Source: a bacterium
Lineage (GTDB): Bacteria > Patescibacteriota > Minisyncoccia > Phycocordibacterales > CAIZLB01
DNA length: 46,097 nt
Direction: 5' to 3'
NCBI GenBank assembly: GCA_037127815.1
Contig: JBAXXP010000005.1
Coordinates: 1 to 46,097 of the forward strand
In this document: piece after piece, positions 1 to 10,361 of the stretch
How the letters are laid out: every line of letters starts with the position of its first letter
How positions within the stretch are numbered: the first letter of the stretch is position 1
The notes under the pieces: generated by a model
Seen by the model: only the letters and a program-made list of their open reading frames with translations
Told to the model about the DNA's origin: nothing
The model's database searches: none
Translations under genes and position numbers: made by a program

Positions 1-155
1 ATTCAAGACACCATTAGAAGCGTTGAGTGGTGCACTTAGAGGTTGAATGTGCCTACGGTGGTCTTTACAAAAACATTGATGTGTGATTATATTATGCACA
101 GACCTGAACTTTTCAGGGTGTGTTAAAACAAAATAACAACCAAAACCAAGCAAAT

Positions 156-566
156 ATGAAGATGAGGAATGGTATCTTGACAGTGTGCATGATTGGAATG
201 AATGAACAAAACGGACATGCATATATCTATATGCACTATGAGAAGAAGGGAAACAAAAGGGGCCGTATCGCCCCGTTTGAAGTTGAGTGCGGATGCACAA
301 ACAACATCAGACAATGTATCTCCAAATTCATGGAGTCCTACAAGATCACGAAATTCACAATTCACGAAACAAACGAGAGCGTTTGTGTGGTTCAAGTCCA
401 CAGCGGCTATCCACAAAAAGGTGATGAGCCTTTCTCGTTAGTTGACTCAGATGAGGCTCTGCGTCAATTCCAGAATAAGAACGTACTCGCCGGTGGAACG
501 GATGAAGTGGAGGCAATCAGGACCGTAATTGATGGTCTGCAAGCTCTGCTTCTTGTGAGCAAATAA
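156..566 (+). CDS. Hypothetical protein (orphan)
   Basis: ORF 120..566; first ATG at 156; followed by a strong hairpin; no recognised family. Confidence 0.6.
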   Translation: MKMRNGILTVCMIGMNEQNGHAYIYMHYEKKGNKRGRIAPFEVECGCTNNIRQCISKFMESYKITKFTIHETNESVCVVQVHSGYPQKGDEPFSLVDSDEALRQFQNKNVLAGGTDEVEAIRTVIDGLQALLLVSK

Positions 567-579
567 TGTGACTTACGGC

Positions 580-617
580 AACAGCCGCGGACCCTTCGGG
601 GCCGCGGCTGTTTTTTT
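580..617. terminator. Intrinsic terminator between the orphan ORF and convergent leuS
   Basis: AACAGCCGCGG-ACCCTTCGGGG-CCGCGGCTGTTTTTTT: GC stem, TTCG loop, T tract. Confidence 0.8.
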
Positions 618-674
618 GTGCCAGATTGTTTTTTTGAATACCTAAACCATATATCTAATCCATTTAACAAATAG

Positions 675-3167
675 TTAGTAAACCAAATTCACTATTTTAT
701 TAGGCACCACAATCACTCTGCTTGGCACAACTCCCGCATGATTTTCTTGAACATACTTTACAGCAAAAGCCATCTTTTCCATATCTTCTTTTGATATACC
801 ATTTTCTGCTTCAAACTCCCCTCTTACTTTTCCATTTACTTGAACCATCACAGTAACAGTTGAAGATACTAATTTATTAGAGTTGTACTCAGGCCAACTC
901 GATGTATGAATACTGCCCTTCTGTCCAAATGCAAGCCAAATTTCTTCAGTTATGTGTGGCGCAAAAGGCGCCATTAATTTAACCAAAGTTAAATAAACAA
1001 TTTTAGGAATATCCTTAACTTTTTCAAATTGATTCGCAAGTATCATCATTTGAGATACCGCGGTGTTAAACCCAAGAGCATCAATGTCATCGGTAACTTT
1101 TTTAATAGTTTGATTAAATAAAATCTCCGTTGCACTATCTAATGAATCCATACTAAGTTTTGATTCAATCGCTTTATCCTGCAATCTCCAAACTTTTTCA
1201 ATAAATCTTCTTACGCCAATTATATTGTCAGTCTTCCATGATATTTCTTGATCAAACGGACCCATAAACATTTCGTATAATCGTAGGGAATCTGCACCAT
1301 AAGTTTCCACGATAGAATCTGGGTTCACAACATTACCATATCTTTTACTCATCTTTCTTCCGTCTTCTGCAATAATCAAACCAACATTCTGAAGCTTCTT
1401 GAAAGGTTCATCATATTTAACAACATCTATATCAAACAAGAATTTATGCCAGAATCTAGCGTAAATTAGATGCCGTGCAGCGTGTTCTGCTCCTCCAACA
1501 TAGAAATCCACAGGTGACCAGAATTCTTCCTTCTTAGGGTCAACTAGGGCCTTATCGTTCTTATTATCCATATATCTTAAATAGTACCAAGATGAACCAG
1601 CCCACTGAGGCATAGTATTTGTTTCTCTTTTTCCAGGACCTTTACATACAGGACATTTTACATTCACCCATGAATCAATATTAGCAAGTGGAGACTCTCC
1701 ATTACCTGTTGGCTCATAACTTTTTACTTTAGGAAGTGTCACCGGCAAGTCTTTATATGGAACAGGAACAACTCCGCATTTTTCACAATGAATTACCGGG
1801 ATTGGTTCACCCCAATATCTTTGACGAGAAAATACCCAGTCTTTCAATTTGTAAATTACTTCCCTTGTTCCACCAGCTTGTTTTGTAATTTCTTCATAAA
1901 TATCTGTATTAATCTTTCCATCAAATTTTGACGAATTTACCATTACGCCATTTCCTAAGTATGGCAATGATTCAAATTTATCATCAGGAACAACTGAGTC
2001 GATGGAACCATCAACCCCGACAGACACAGGCCTACTCACAACCTCCACCACATCCAAATCGTATTTCTTTGCAAACATGTAATCCCTTGTATCATGCGCA
2101 GCAACAGCCATCACAGCACCTGTTCCATATCCCGCAAGCACATAATCAGCAATAAATACTGGAACCTCATTTTTAGTAATTGGATGCACTGCAAATACGC
2201 CACCTAGTTTTACTCCAGACTTTTCTTTTCCCTCTGACGTTCTATCAATTTCTGTCTTTGCTTTAGTTTCTTCTACATATTTTGAAACGTCATTCCAGTT
2301 TGTAATCCTATCTCTCAATTCCAACACTAATGGATTTTCTGGGGCAAACACAACGTATGTCACACCATACAAAGTATCAGGACGAGTTGTAAACACCACT
2401 ATTTTTTTATCAGATTTCTCTACATCAATTTTGCTTCCATATGTAATATCGAAAGAAATCTTTGAACCCTCACTTCTTCCAATCCAATTTTTCTGCGCTT
2501 CTTTAATAGATTGTGGCCAATCGAGTTTTTCTAAATCATTCAACATTCTATCTGCATAATCTGTGATTTTAATTACCCATTGTCTAAGTGGTTTCTTTTC
2601 AACAACACTCCCACATCTCTCGCAATTTCCATTATCAAGATCCTCATTTGCTAGCCCAGTTAAACAAGTTGGACACCAATTAATAGGTTCGTGAGATTGG
2701 AAAGCAAGCCCTCGCTCTAGCATCTTCAAAAATGTCCATTGTGTCCATTTATAATATTTAGGATCAGTAGTGTTTATCTCTCTATCCCAATCGTAATCGA
2801 ACCCTAAAATAGAAAGTTGCTTTTTATATCTAGCAACAGTTGCCTTAACACCAATCATAGGATTAGTTTTATTCTTTATAGCAAACGTTTCAGCAGGAAG
2901 ACCAAAAGCATCCCACCCCATCGGGTGTAGAACTTTGTAACCACTCATACGCTTCATTCTAGAAACAATATCAGTTGCAATATAACCCTTTGGGTGGCCA
3001 ACATGAAGACCTTCACCGGAAGGATATGGAAACATGTCTAGAACATAGAACTTTTTTTGCCCAACAGCCAGGGTCTTATCATCAGTTTTATAGATCTTAC
3101 TTGCCTCCCATTTTTTCTGCCATTTCTTTTCGATTTTCTTATGATCGTATTCTTGCTTTTTAGCCAT
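675..3167 (-). CDS. leuS: Leucine--tRNA ligase
   Basis: MFPYPSGEGLHVGH (HIGH), KMSKR (KMSKS), WVFSRQRYWGEPIP, CP1 editing motifs; likely start MAKK at 3167. Confidence 0.98.
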   Translation of the reverse strand: MAKKQEYDHKKIEKKWQKKWEASKIYKTDDKTLAVGQKKFYVLDMFPYPSGEGLHVGHPKGYIATDIVSRMKRMSGYKVLHPMGWDAFGLPAETFAIKNKTNPMIGVKATVARYKKQLSILGFDYDWDREINTTDPKYYKWTQWTFLKMLERGLAFQSHEPINWCPTCLTGLANEDLDNGNCERCGSVVEKKPLRQWVIKITDYADRMLNDLEKLDWPQSIKEAQKNWIGRSEGSKISFDITYGSKIDVEKSDKKIVVFTTRPDTLYGVTYVVFAPENPLVLELRDRITNWNDVSKYVEETKAKTEIDRTSEGKEKSGVKLGGVFAVHPITKNEVPVFIADYVLAGYGTGAVMAVAAHDTRDYMFAKKYDLDVVEVVSRPVSVGVDGSIDSVVPDDKFESLPYLGNGVMVNSSKFDGKINTDIYEEITKQAGGTREVIYKLKDWVFSRQRYWGEPIPVIHCEKCGVVPVPYKDLPVTLPKVKSYEPTGNGESPLANIDSWVNVKCPVCKGPGKRETNTMPQWAGSSWYYLRYMDNKNDKALVDPKKEEFWSPVDFYVGGAEHAARHLIYARFWHKFLFDIDVVKYDEPFKKLQNVGLIIAEDGRKMSKRYGNVVNPDSIVETYGADSLRLYEMFMGPFDQEISWKTDNIIGVRRFIEKVWRLQDKAIESKLSMDSLDSATEILFNQTIKKVTDDIDALGFNTAVSQMMILANQFEKVKDIPKIVYLTLVKLMAPFAPHITEEIWLAFGQKGSIHTSSWPEYNSNKLVSSTVTVMVQVNGKVRGEFEAENGISKEDMEKMAFAVKYVQENHAGVVPSRVIVVPNKIVNLVY

Positions 3168-3272
3168 GATAGTAAACATTGTAGTACAAAACAGCTTGTT
3201 TTGCTATGGTGCCCAAAAAATCATGTGTTATGACCTAACAAAGAATCGGCTACCCCTCAAATGACAGAAAGA

Positions 3273-5933
3273 CTATTTACACTTAGTAGTAGAAACTGCG
3301 CCTAAAATCTTCTTGCTTGCGCCAGTATTGTCAACACACCAACTAAAAGTATTATCACTAGCCATAGGAGCGGATAACGCCCAAGCGTCAACCTTTCCTA
3401 ACATTCCCATAGATACACATGTTGCCTTAGAAGGATCATTATTCGTAGCTTGATTTATTAATGAAAACATAACTTTATCACCAAAAAGTGTTCCAGCAGT
3501 TTGCTTACAAACACCGAATCCAAAAGGATTTTTTCCATAACTATTTTTTGAAGACGTACTATTATCGTAGATCAACTCTGCTTGAGCTCTCATATTTGAA
3601 AGCGACGATTGAATAGCGGCATCTTGCCCTTTACTTCTTGCGCCTGTAAGTGAGCTAGACACACTGTCTGAAAGCTTATCTATAGGTGTCGCCCCCACTG
3701 GAGTCTCAATAGTTATAGGCTTATTGATATTCGAAATATCTAATTTAAACGTCACATTGATTTGTTTATCCTTTAATTGAGTAGCATCATCCGGTGGAAC
3801 AACCCTCATTGTATTCTGAACAACAACAGGAAAGCCTTGACCGTCTGTCCATATAGCAAAACTATTATTTTTATCAAAATAGTCAAAGACCTGACTAAAC
3901 TCATCGCTCTTCAAATAATCCAAATAACCTTGGTCAATTCCCGCTGCATATTCTGCAAAATCGGGATTTGTAGTTATTTCGCTCTGTACCCTAGTATAGA
4001 AAGAAATAATTTTTTCTTTTCTCAGACTCAGATCATATTTAACCAAATTACGTCCATCTAAATTCTCAGTTTTTGGTGCATTTCTAAATAGTATAATTTT
4101 CTCCTCGTCAGCAATTGCAACAACCTTTTTAATAAACTTCACAAATTTATCACGATTCTCTTTGTACTTTGCTTCCTGCTCTGGAATTGAAGTCTGTATA
4201 AATGAAAACGGAGAACTTACGTTATCCCCAGTGGATGAAGCTGTAGCCGACTCAGTGGAAGAGGCTTTTGATGGAACAACAACCCACTTTCCTTTAACTT
4301 TTGCCAATGCATCGAATAAAAAGAAGCTTGGCATATTATTTATTTTAAAATAATAATTATCACCCTTTTTAAGAGCGTCTGCATTTATTTTGTAAGTCAT
4401 GTCACCAAAGTCCCCTGTTGCATCCAAATTGAATGACCAATCTGCCATAGCTCCAGCACTTAAGTCTGAAGATGCACTAACTGCGATCTTTGCACTTGCT
4501 TGTGGTGGAATCATGCTAAGCATTCCACTCATTTGAGTTAAGAAAGGCTTTGGAGGCTCTCCACTGAAGGAGTAACTGCTAAAATAACTATCTTTTGTGA
4601 ATGTAACCTTTTTGCCCTCTATTTTTGTACTTGTTGCTGAATAACCTGAACCCTTAATTGTTTTAATTGCATCATCAGTAGCAAAGTCTACAACTAACTC
4701 AAAATTCTTGCCGTCCTCAGTTACTTTATATGCATACGCTGCAGATGTCTCGGGATCAAACAAGGAGTATGTAATATTTTTAGAAGTAAAAGCAGCGACC
4801 AAAGTAGTTGTGTAAGACTTGTATAGCTTTTTTGTTGCAGTTGGAGCCCCGTAATTAGAATAATAACCAACACCTGAATTTAAACCACTTATAATACCCA
4901 ACGCATCTTTCAGACGCGTTCCGTCATAAAAATATTTCAACTTCAATTCTTTATCATTTGAAACTACCAGATTAAAAATTGTTGCATCCTTATCTCTTGC
5001 AACAACATTTACCGCTCCTGATGAAGTATATGTTGCAGTATTAATTTGTCCGATTTTTGCAAGCATACTAGATGAAAAATTAGCCTCCGTGTATGTAGAA
5101 GGTGCAAAAGGACCCATCTTTTTAATATAAGCATACGCAGTAGCACCACCAAGCAATATGATAATTAGTATAAGGAGTAGAATCAAAATTTGTTTTAATC
5201 CTCCACCTGATTTTACTGGTGTAGACGTAGAAGCTGATGCAATCGGATGATTAGTAAATCCATCGTTACTAAATGAATTAACACCGAGGTTTCCAAAAGT
5301 AGGATTTTTAGCACTAACCTGTGATTCTGCTGGAAACCCAGCTGGTGGATTGGCAGCAGAAAAAACATTTGCCACAGAAGGTTCAGACATAGGTGTAGAT
5401 ACTGGCGATGGCTCTGGCACATATTTGGGCATAACCGCATTAACAACCGGTCTTATTTGTTCTACATATTGAAAAGGCTCAACTTTTTCTAGTGTTGAAA
5501 CATGCGGTATTTCAACAATAGGTTCAATTACTGGAGCACCCAGCGGAACAGGAACTACCTCTTGTGCCTGCACAGGGACGGCTGTCTCTGGAATTGGTGC
5601 GAGTGTATTGATTTCAACAGGAGTAGCCATGGGAGAAGCAACAGGAATTGAGACCGGTGAAGTATTTATATTAACAACAGAAAATGGAGCTGGGGTAGGC
5701 AATGGAGAAGGTGTAGGTGACGGAGCCAGTATAGGTGATAAAGCTGAGTCAGGAACATGAGCTTGAGTTGGAGTCAAGTCGATAATATCTGCTTCAACTT
5801 CAGATACACCATCGGTTTCCATTCTAAATCCAACAGGTGGATTTTTAGATGTAAACTCTCTATGTGGTACATTATTTCCGTTTGAAGTACTATTTATCAC
5901 ACCATTTGTATCGTCATCTGTTGAATTAATCAT
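3273..5933 (-). CDS. Large membrane-anchored protein: Pro-rich N-terminal region, one TM, extracellular region with pilin-like segments
   Basis: 886-aa ORF; TM ILILLLILIIILLGGATAYAY; C-terminal ARSKGQDAAIQSSLSNMRAQAELIYD motif. Confidence 0.8.
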   Translation of the reverse strand: MINSTDDDTNGVINSTSNGNNVPHREFTSKNPPVGFRMETDGVSEVEADIIDLTPTQAHVPDSALSPILAPSPTPSPLPTPAPFSVVNINTSPVSIPVASPMATPVEINTLAPIPETAVPVQAQEVVPVPLGAPVIEPIVEIPHVSTLEKVEPFQYVEQIRPVVNAVMPKYVPEPSPVSTPMSEPSVANVFSAANPPAGFPAESQVSAKNPTFGNLGVNSFSNDGFTNHPIASASTSTPVKSGGGLKQILILLLILIIILLGGATAYAYIKKMGPFAPSTYTEANFSSSMLAKIGQINTATYTSSGAVNVVARDKDATIFNLVVSNDKELKLKYFYDGTRLKDALGIISGLNSGVGYYSNYGAPTATKKLYKSYTTTLVAAFTSKNITYSLFDPETSAAYAYKVTEDGKNFELVVDFATDDAIKTIKGSGYSATSTKIEGKKVTFTKDSYFSSYSFSGEPPKPFLTQMSGMLSMIPPQASAKIAVSASSDLSAGAMADWSFNLDATGDFGDMTYKINADALKKGDNYYFKINNMPSFFLFDALAKVKGKWVVVPSKASSTESATASSTGDNVSSPFSFIQTSIPEQEAKYKENRDKFVKFIKKVVAIADEEKIILFRNAPKTENLDGRNLVKYDLSLRKEKIISFYTRVQSEITTNPDFAEYAAGIDQGYLDYLKSDEFSQVFDYFDKNNSFAIWTDGQGFPVVVQNTMRVVPPDDATQLKDKQINVTFKLDISNINKPITIETPVGATPIDKLSDSVSSSLTGARSKGQDAAIQSSLSNMRAQAELIYDNSTSSKNSYGKNPFGFGVCKQTAGTLFGDKVMFSLINQATNNDPSKATCVSMGMLGKVDAWALSAPMASDNTFSWCVDNTGASKKILGAVSTTKCK

Positions 5934-6055
5934 TTAAAAATAATTTATATATAATGTAATAATTATAATACATTTTATTGTATTGAGATAGTAAACTTCC
6001 CACAGTAGAAGCCAAATTTTCACCGTAAATTTTTACATCGTTATAAAAAACTAAA

Positions 6056-6451
6056 CTATCTATTCAAATAAGTAATTGTAAGTTGCAAAACTGTTGCAAA
6101 AGTTACCCAAAGTAAATATGGGACCTGAGCGTACGCGATCCACTTAACATGAGGATAAATTGCGGTAATTGCCCAAATAAGTGTTCCTAGTATTAATAGT
6201 ATATCAATAGCAGCATATAAGTTATTTTTTAGACCAAATTGCAAATACGTGAACATAAAATTAAAAAATAGATTAAGGGCAAAAGGAAGTGCCACAATCC
6301 ATGGGATTTGCTTTGTGAAGGCTCTATAAAATACAGACCCAAAGCTTAAAAATATTATAAAATAAAGCACACTCCAAACTGGACCAAATAGATAACTTGG
6401 AGGCGACCATCTAGGTTTTATAAGCTGAGAATACCAGTTGTATGAGTTCAT
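6056..6451 (-). CDS. tspO: TspO/MBR family tryptophan-rich sensory protein
   Basis: WYSQLIKPRWSPPSYLFGPVWSVLY and PYLLWVTFATVL motifs; start MNSYNW at 6451. Confidence 0.93.
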   Translation of the reverse strand: MNSYNWYSQLIKPRWSPPSYLFGPVWSVLYFIIFLSFGSVFYRAFTKQIPWIVALPFALNLFFNFMFTYLQFGLKNNLYAAIDILLILGTLIWAITAIYPHVKWIAYAQVPYLLWVTFATVLQLTITYLNR

Positions 6452-6522
6452 ATAGAAATTATACCACAGCCTCAAAAAGCCACATCAATTCTACAAAATT
6501 CATTGCTACACACATATGTGCA

Positions 6523-7233
6523 CTACTTAACACCCTTCAACTCTTTGCGGACCTCCAGATAATCAGGAATAGTTTCCTCAACTAATTTCCAAAATTTTTC
6601 TGAGTGATTAAATTGTCCAAGGTGACAAATTTCATGAACAACAAGGTAATCAGCAAGCTTTTCAGGAAGCAAGGCAATTTTATAATTAAAATTCAGATTT
6701 CCATTTCTTGAGCAACTTCCCCATCTAGTTTTTTGATTTTTAATACTTATTTTATCAAATTTAAACTTGTAATGAGCGTTCCATTGATTAACCTTTTCTG
6801 TCGCAATTCTTAATGCATCTTTTTTAACCCTAGCGTATGAGGCCTTAGAGTCAGCATTCTTTTCAGCTTTAGTTTTTCTAGGTTCAAGGGGATTTTGAAT
6901 ATTTTTAAAATGTTCGATTTTTTCCATCACCCATTCTTTTTTTTGTTCAATAATTCTCTCAATCATTAAAATACTCACTCTTGGAGGAGTGGTTACAATG
7001 AATTCTCCGTCTGAATTTATTGCCAGTCTAATGGATTTGGAGCGAGGGTTGAGGCGGAGAGTATAAGTCACATCTTGACCATTCAAAACAATTTTATTCT
7101 GCATGACCTTGATTGGTCTTTTTGCTTTAATTCTAATTACAGCTCTTTTTCTGACAACACGTGTGACCCTTGTAGGTTTTCTTTTCCTAAGTGCAGTTAT
7201 TTTCTTTTTAAGTTTCAGTAACGTGTGTAGCAT
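6523..7233 (-). CDS. M48/YgjP (DUF45, SprT-like) zinc metallo-hydrolase with Lys/Arg-rich N-terminus
   Basis: KTRWGSCS...DYLVVHEICHLGQFNHSEKFW (HExxH); start uncertain. Confidence 0.9.
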   Translation of the reverse strand: MLHTLLKLKKKITALRKRKPTRVTRVVRKRAVIRIKAKRPIKVMQNKIVLNGQDVTYTLRLNPRSKSIRLAINSDGEFIVTTPPRVSILMIERIIEQKKEWVMEKIEHFKNIQNPLEPRKTKAEKNADSKASYARVKKDALRIATEKVNQWNAHYKFKFDKISIKNQKTRWGSCSRNGNLNFNYKIALLPEKLADYLVVHEICHLGQFNHSEKFWKLVEETIPDYLEVRKELKGVK

Positions 7234-7272
7234 TGTTAAAATCTTTATAAAATACTAATTATAAATTAACCT

Positions 7273-7689
7273 TTATGCCCAGAACCCCTCATTATCCTTC
7301 ACGCACTTCAGAATATCGTCTATAGATTCTTCAGGCTTAAAGCCACAAGTTTTCAATTCCTTAAGCGGAACCCAATCGAACTCAATGTGATCCTCCAAAC
7401 TGTGAACATCATTATAATCCGCAAGCTTTACTATATATATTGAAATAAATTCATGCATTTCAATTAGATCTTCAACGTATTCATTCTCAACCTCAATTAT
7501 TCTTTGAACTTTCTCAACCTCCTTACCAATTTCCTCTTGTATTTCTCTTCTGAATGCTTGATCCTCAGATTCACCTTGTTCAATATGCCCACCAGGCAAA
7601 TAGTAATGGCCCTTACTAAGATTCTTGCATAATAATATTTTGGCATCCTTAACGATTATTCCTCTCGCGATTAGATCTATGTTTGTCAT
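7273..7689 (-). CDS. NUDIX hydrolase
   Basis: Nudix box GGHIEQGESEDQAFRREIQEEIG. Confidence 0.92.
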   Translation of the reverse strand: MTNIDLIARGIIVKDAKILLCKNLSKGHYYLPGGHIEQGESEDQAFRREIQEEIGKEVEKVQRIIEVENEYVEDLIEMHEFISIYIVKLADYNDVHSLEDHIEFDWVPLKELKTCGFKPEESIDDILKCVKDNEGFWA

Positions 7690-7716
7690 ACGGCGATTAT
7701 AGCATATATCAAGTGA

Positions 7717-7986
7717 TTACGATCTATCATAAAAAACATTTCCACGACTCTCTATTTCAAGTATTACAATAACGAGTTTTGAATCATAGACCTGATAAAT
7801 CATCCTATAATTGGAAATCTTAATTTTTCTTAGGTGAGAAATTTCTCCATGCATTTTTATTCCAAGTAATGGATTTAGTTCTAATTCACTAATAACATCA
7901 TCAATTCTGACGGCAATATGTCTCGGTATCTTTTGCAATATTTTTTTAGCATCATTATGCAAGTAGACCAAATATCTCTTTACCAT
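7717..7986 (-). CDS. RelE/ParE family toxin
   Basis: 89 aa directly downstream of Phd-like gene; LRKIKISNYRMIYQV pattern. Confidence 0.85.
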   Translation of the reverse strand: MVKRYLVYLHNDAKKILQKIPRHIAVRIDDVISELELNPLLGIKMHGEISHLRKIKISNYRMIYQVYDSKLVIVILEIESRGNVFYDRS

Positions 7987-7989
7987 AGA

Positions 7990-8409
7990 TTACTTAAGTT
8001 TACTTTTAGATCTATTTTCTTGTGCTTTTTTAGCTCCTTGTAAATATTTCCTAGACGGCGCATCTGCAAGCAACAATAGACTATTATTAGATTTTGTTTT
8101 AGTTTTAATGCTTGCACTTATCTTCGAACTTCCTAACAAATCCTCTCTTATACTTTTCCAGGCAGTGTATTTGCCCTCTGAAAATTCTTGTTCAACCTTA
8201 TTAATCTTTGCCATGAATTTATGATTTTTCATAAGCTCCAAATCCTCCATAATATTCTCATAATCATCAGAGCTCATTATCACAACTTTTGGTTTACCAT
8301 TTTCTGTGAATGCAAAAACCTGCCCAGTTTTCTGAACCTTTTCTGCAATTTCAAATATTTTAGACCTAGCCTCAGTTATTGATATAATATTTTTCATTTT
8401 TATATTCAT
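7990..8409 (-). CDS. Phd/YefM family antitoxin with C-terminal extension
   Basis: IISITEARSKIFEI...TENGKPKVVIMS Phd/YefM N-terminal pattern. Confidence 0.9.
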   Translation of the reverse strand: MNIKMKNIISITEARSKIFEIAEKVQKTGQVFAFTENGKPKVVIMSSDDYENIMEDLELMKNHKFMAKINKVEQEFSEGKYTAWKSIREDLLGSSKISASIKTKTKSNNSLLLLADAPSRKYLQGAKKAQENRSKSKLK

Positions 8410-8443
8410 ATGTACATTATAACGTACATATCTATTTAATCAA
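8409..8443 (-). promoter_or_regulatory. TA promoter/operator: TTGATT-N16-TATAAT overlapped by inverted repeat TATGTAC-N8-GTACATA
   Basis: IR arms at 8409-8415 and 8424-8430; -10 at 8416-8421, 6 nt before ATG. Confidence 0.7.
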
Positions 8444-8526
8444 GTTTGCGGGTTATTTAATATTCAAATCTGATATTCCTATACTGATATATTGTACCCA
8501 AAGAAAATCCAAAGATTCAATCAAAG

Positions 8527-8535
8527 TTATCCACA
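8527..8535 (+). promoter_or_regulatory. Perfect DnaA box TTATCCACA
   Basis: Exact consensus in intergenic DNA. Confidence 0.5.
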
Positions 8536-8537
8536 AC

Positions 8538-8566
8538 AAAAAACACCCGCCCATGCGAGTGTTTTT
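8538..8566 (-). terminator. rplI terminator
   Basis: AAAAAACACCCGC-CCAT-GCGAGTGTTTTT imperfect hairpin. Confidence 0.65.
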
Positions 8567-8587
8567 AAAACAACTGTTTATTATTGA

Positions 8588-9037
8588 TTATGCCTCTAGT
8601 GCAACCAACTCAACTGTAAAGTGAGATGTTTTGTCTTGAACCTTAACATCCACCTTGTGCTCACCAATCTCCTTAAGAGCCTTTTCTAGGACAATGTGTG
8701 AAGCATCCATATCAATTTGCTTTTGTTCCTTTAGGGCGTGAATAATCTCGTCCTTATGAATACCAGCAAAGAAATGACCCTTATCATTAGCCTTCCCAGA
8801 GATAACGATTTTAACATCGTTAAGCTCTTTAAGATTCTTCAAAAGTAGAGCTTCTTTAACTGTTTTTACAGCCTCTTCTCCTAATTTGAACTCTTCAACT
8901 CTCTTAATAGCACCTGGTGTAGCTCTCTCAGCTAATCCTTTTGGGAATAGTGAATTTATAGCAAAACCATCAGCTACGTTTATAATATCGTGTTTGTTTC
9001 CAGTTTTTGGAATGTGTTTAAGCAAAATAACTTTCAT
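8588..9037 (-). CDS. rplI: 50S ribosomal protein L9
   Basis: MKVILLKHIPKTGNKHDIINVADGFAINSLFPKGLA N-terminal L9 signature. Confidence 0.96.
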   Translation of the reverse strand: MKVILLKHIPKTGNKHDIINVADGFAINSLFPKGLAERATPGAIKRVEEFKLGEEAVKTVKEALLLKNLKELNDVKIVISGKANDKGHFFAGIHKDEIIHALKEQKQIDMDASHIVLEKALKEIGEHKVDVKVQDKTSHFTVELVALEA

Positions 9038-9055
9038 AGTGGAATGAATATAGCA

Positions 9056-10312
9056 TTAATTAGTAAGAATCTCAATAGCCTTTAACATTTGAGGGTCTGT
9101 ACCCTTTTTAACGTCATCAGCAGTAACCTTAACCTCGACATCTGGAGTAAGACCTCCTTCTGAAATTGACCTACCGTTTGGTGTTAACCATCTAGCGATT
9201 GTAACCTTTAGTGATGTATCGGGAGTCAATTTTACAAGCTCCTGAACAGAACCTTTTCCAAAAGTACGAGTTCCAACAAGCTTAGCCTTTCCATTTTCTT
9301 GAAGTGCACCAGCAAGAATCTCAGAGGCAGATGCAGAACCTTGATCAACAAGTATTACAGTACGTAGATTATCATTAAAGATATTATATCCTCTACTCTT
9401 TTCTGATGTCTCAGGCTTTCCTTTACTATAACTTTCTCTTACGATAGTTTTTCCTGGAGGAAGAAACCAACTTGCCATGTCAACCGCTGAATCTAAATAT
9501 CCTCCTGGATTTCCTCTGACATCTATAATTAGTCTATTGCTTTTTGAATCTACAAAACTCTTTAACGCAACTCTAAACAATGATGCTGATTGTGCAGAGA
9601 AATTATAAAGTTTAATTGTAAATATTCCAGTCTTTGCGTCGTAGTTTGAATCGAGCGTTGGAAGATTTATAACGTCTCTCACTACTTTAATTTCTATTGT
9701 CGATGTTGCATCACCTCTAAGCAGAGTAAATGCCACTTGTGTACCCTTTGGACCTCTAATTAATTTAACAGCTTGTTCAACACTAAGACCTCCTGTTGTT
9801 AGAGTGCTATCGATTTTTAATATCTTGTCCCCACTCATTATTCCCGCCTTTTCAGCTGGAGTGCTCTTTAGGGCAGAAATAACAGTAAGAATGTCATTCT
9901 TAATACCAAGCTCCATTCCAACACCTTCAAAGTTACCGTCTATTTCACTTTCAAAGATTGAGGATTCTGATGGTGTAAAGAATACTGTATAAGGGTCGCC
10001 AAGTGCTGCTGTCATTCCTTTAATAGCACCATACACTCTATCTTGATTAGTTGGAGCGGGTGAGGTTGTTGAATTGTGAGTTGCAACATACTTATCATTT
10101 AATGTTGACCATGCTTTCCAAAATAATTCAAAATCAGCACTAACTTCTTTTGGTTTACTCTTATCTGTATTAACGACTCCTGGGATTTTACTGGCCTCAG
10201 CTGTTCCCATCTGTCCCGATATAAAACCAGATGCAAATACTGCTCCAACAACTAAAACAACTAGTGCTCCAGTTCCAATCCTCTTTAAAATTTCTTTCTT
10301 TTGATTTATCAT
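9056..10312 (-). CDS. ctpA: C-terminal processing peptidase (S41A, PDZ)
   Basis: DPYT, PDZ domain, DVRGNPGGYL, SASASEILAGALQ, TFGKGSVQ, GLTPD motifs. Confidence 0.95.
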   Translation of the reverse strand: MINQKKEILKRIGTGALVVLVVGAVFASGFISGQMGTAEASKIPGVVNTDKSKPKEVSADFELFWKAWSTLNDKYVATHNSTTSPAPTNQDRVYGAIKGMTAALGDPYTVFFTPSESSIFESEIDGNFEGVGMELGIKNDILTVISALKSTPAEKAGIMSGDKILKIDSTLTTGGLSVEQAVKLIRGPKGTQVAFTLLRGDATSTIEIKVVRDVINLPTLDSNYDAKTGIFTIKLYNFSAQSASLFRVALKSFVDSKSNRLIIDVRGNPGGYLDSAVDMASWFLPPGKTIVRESYSKGKPETSEKSRGYNIFNDNLRTVILVDQGSASASEILAGALQENGKAKLVGTRTFGKGSVQELVKLTPDTSLKVTIARWLTPNGRSISEGGLTPDVEVKVTADDVKKGTDPQMLKAIEILTN

Positions 10313-10361
10313 AATATTATTTCATTATCGCAGAGTTGGGTGGCGTGGTCAATGTATAAAG

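Noticed and set aside
3180-3272. T-box riboswitch before leuS or cysS
   Set aside because: The leaders are too short and there is no T-box consensus (AAGGTGGNACCGCG).
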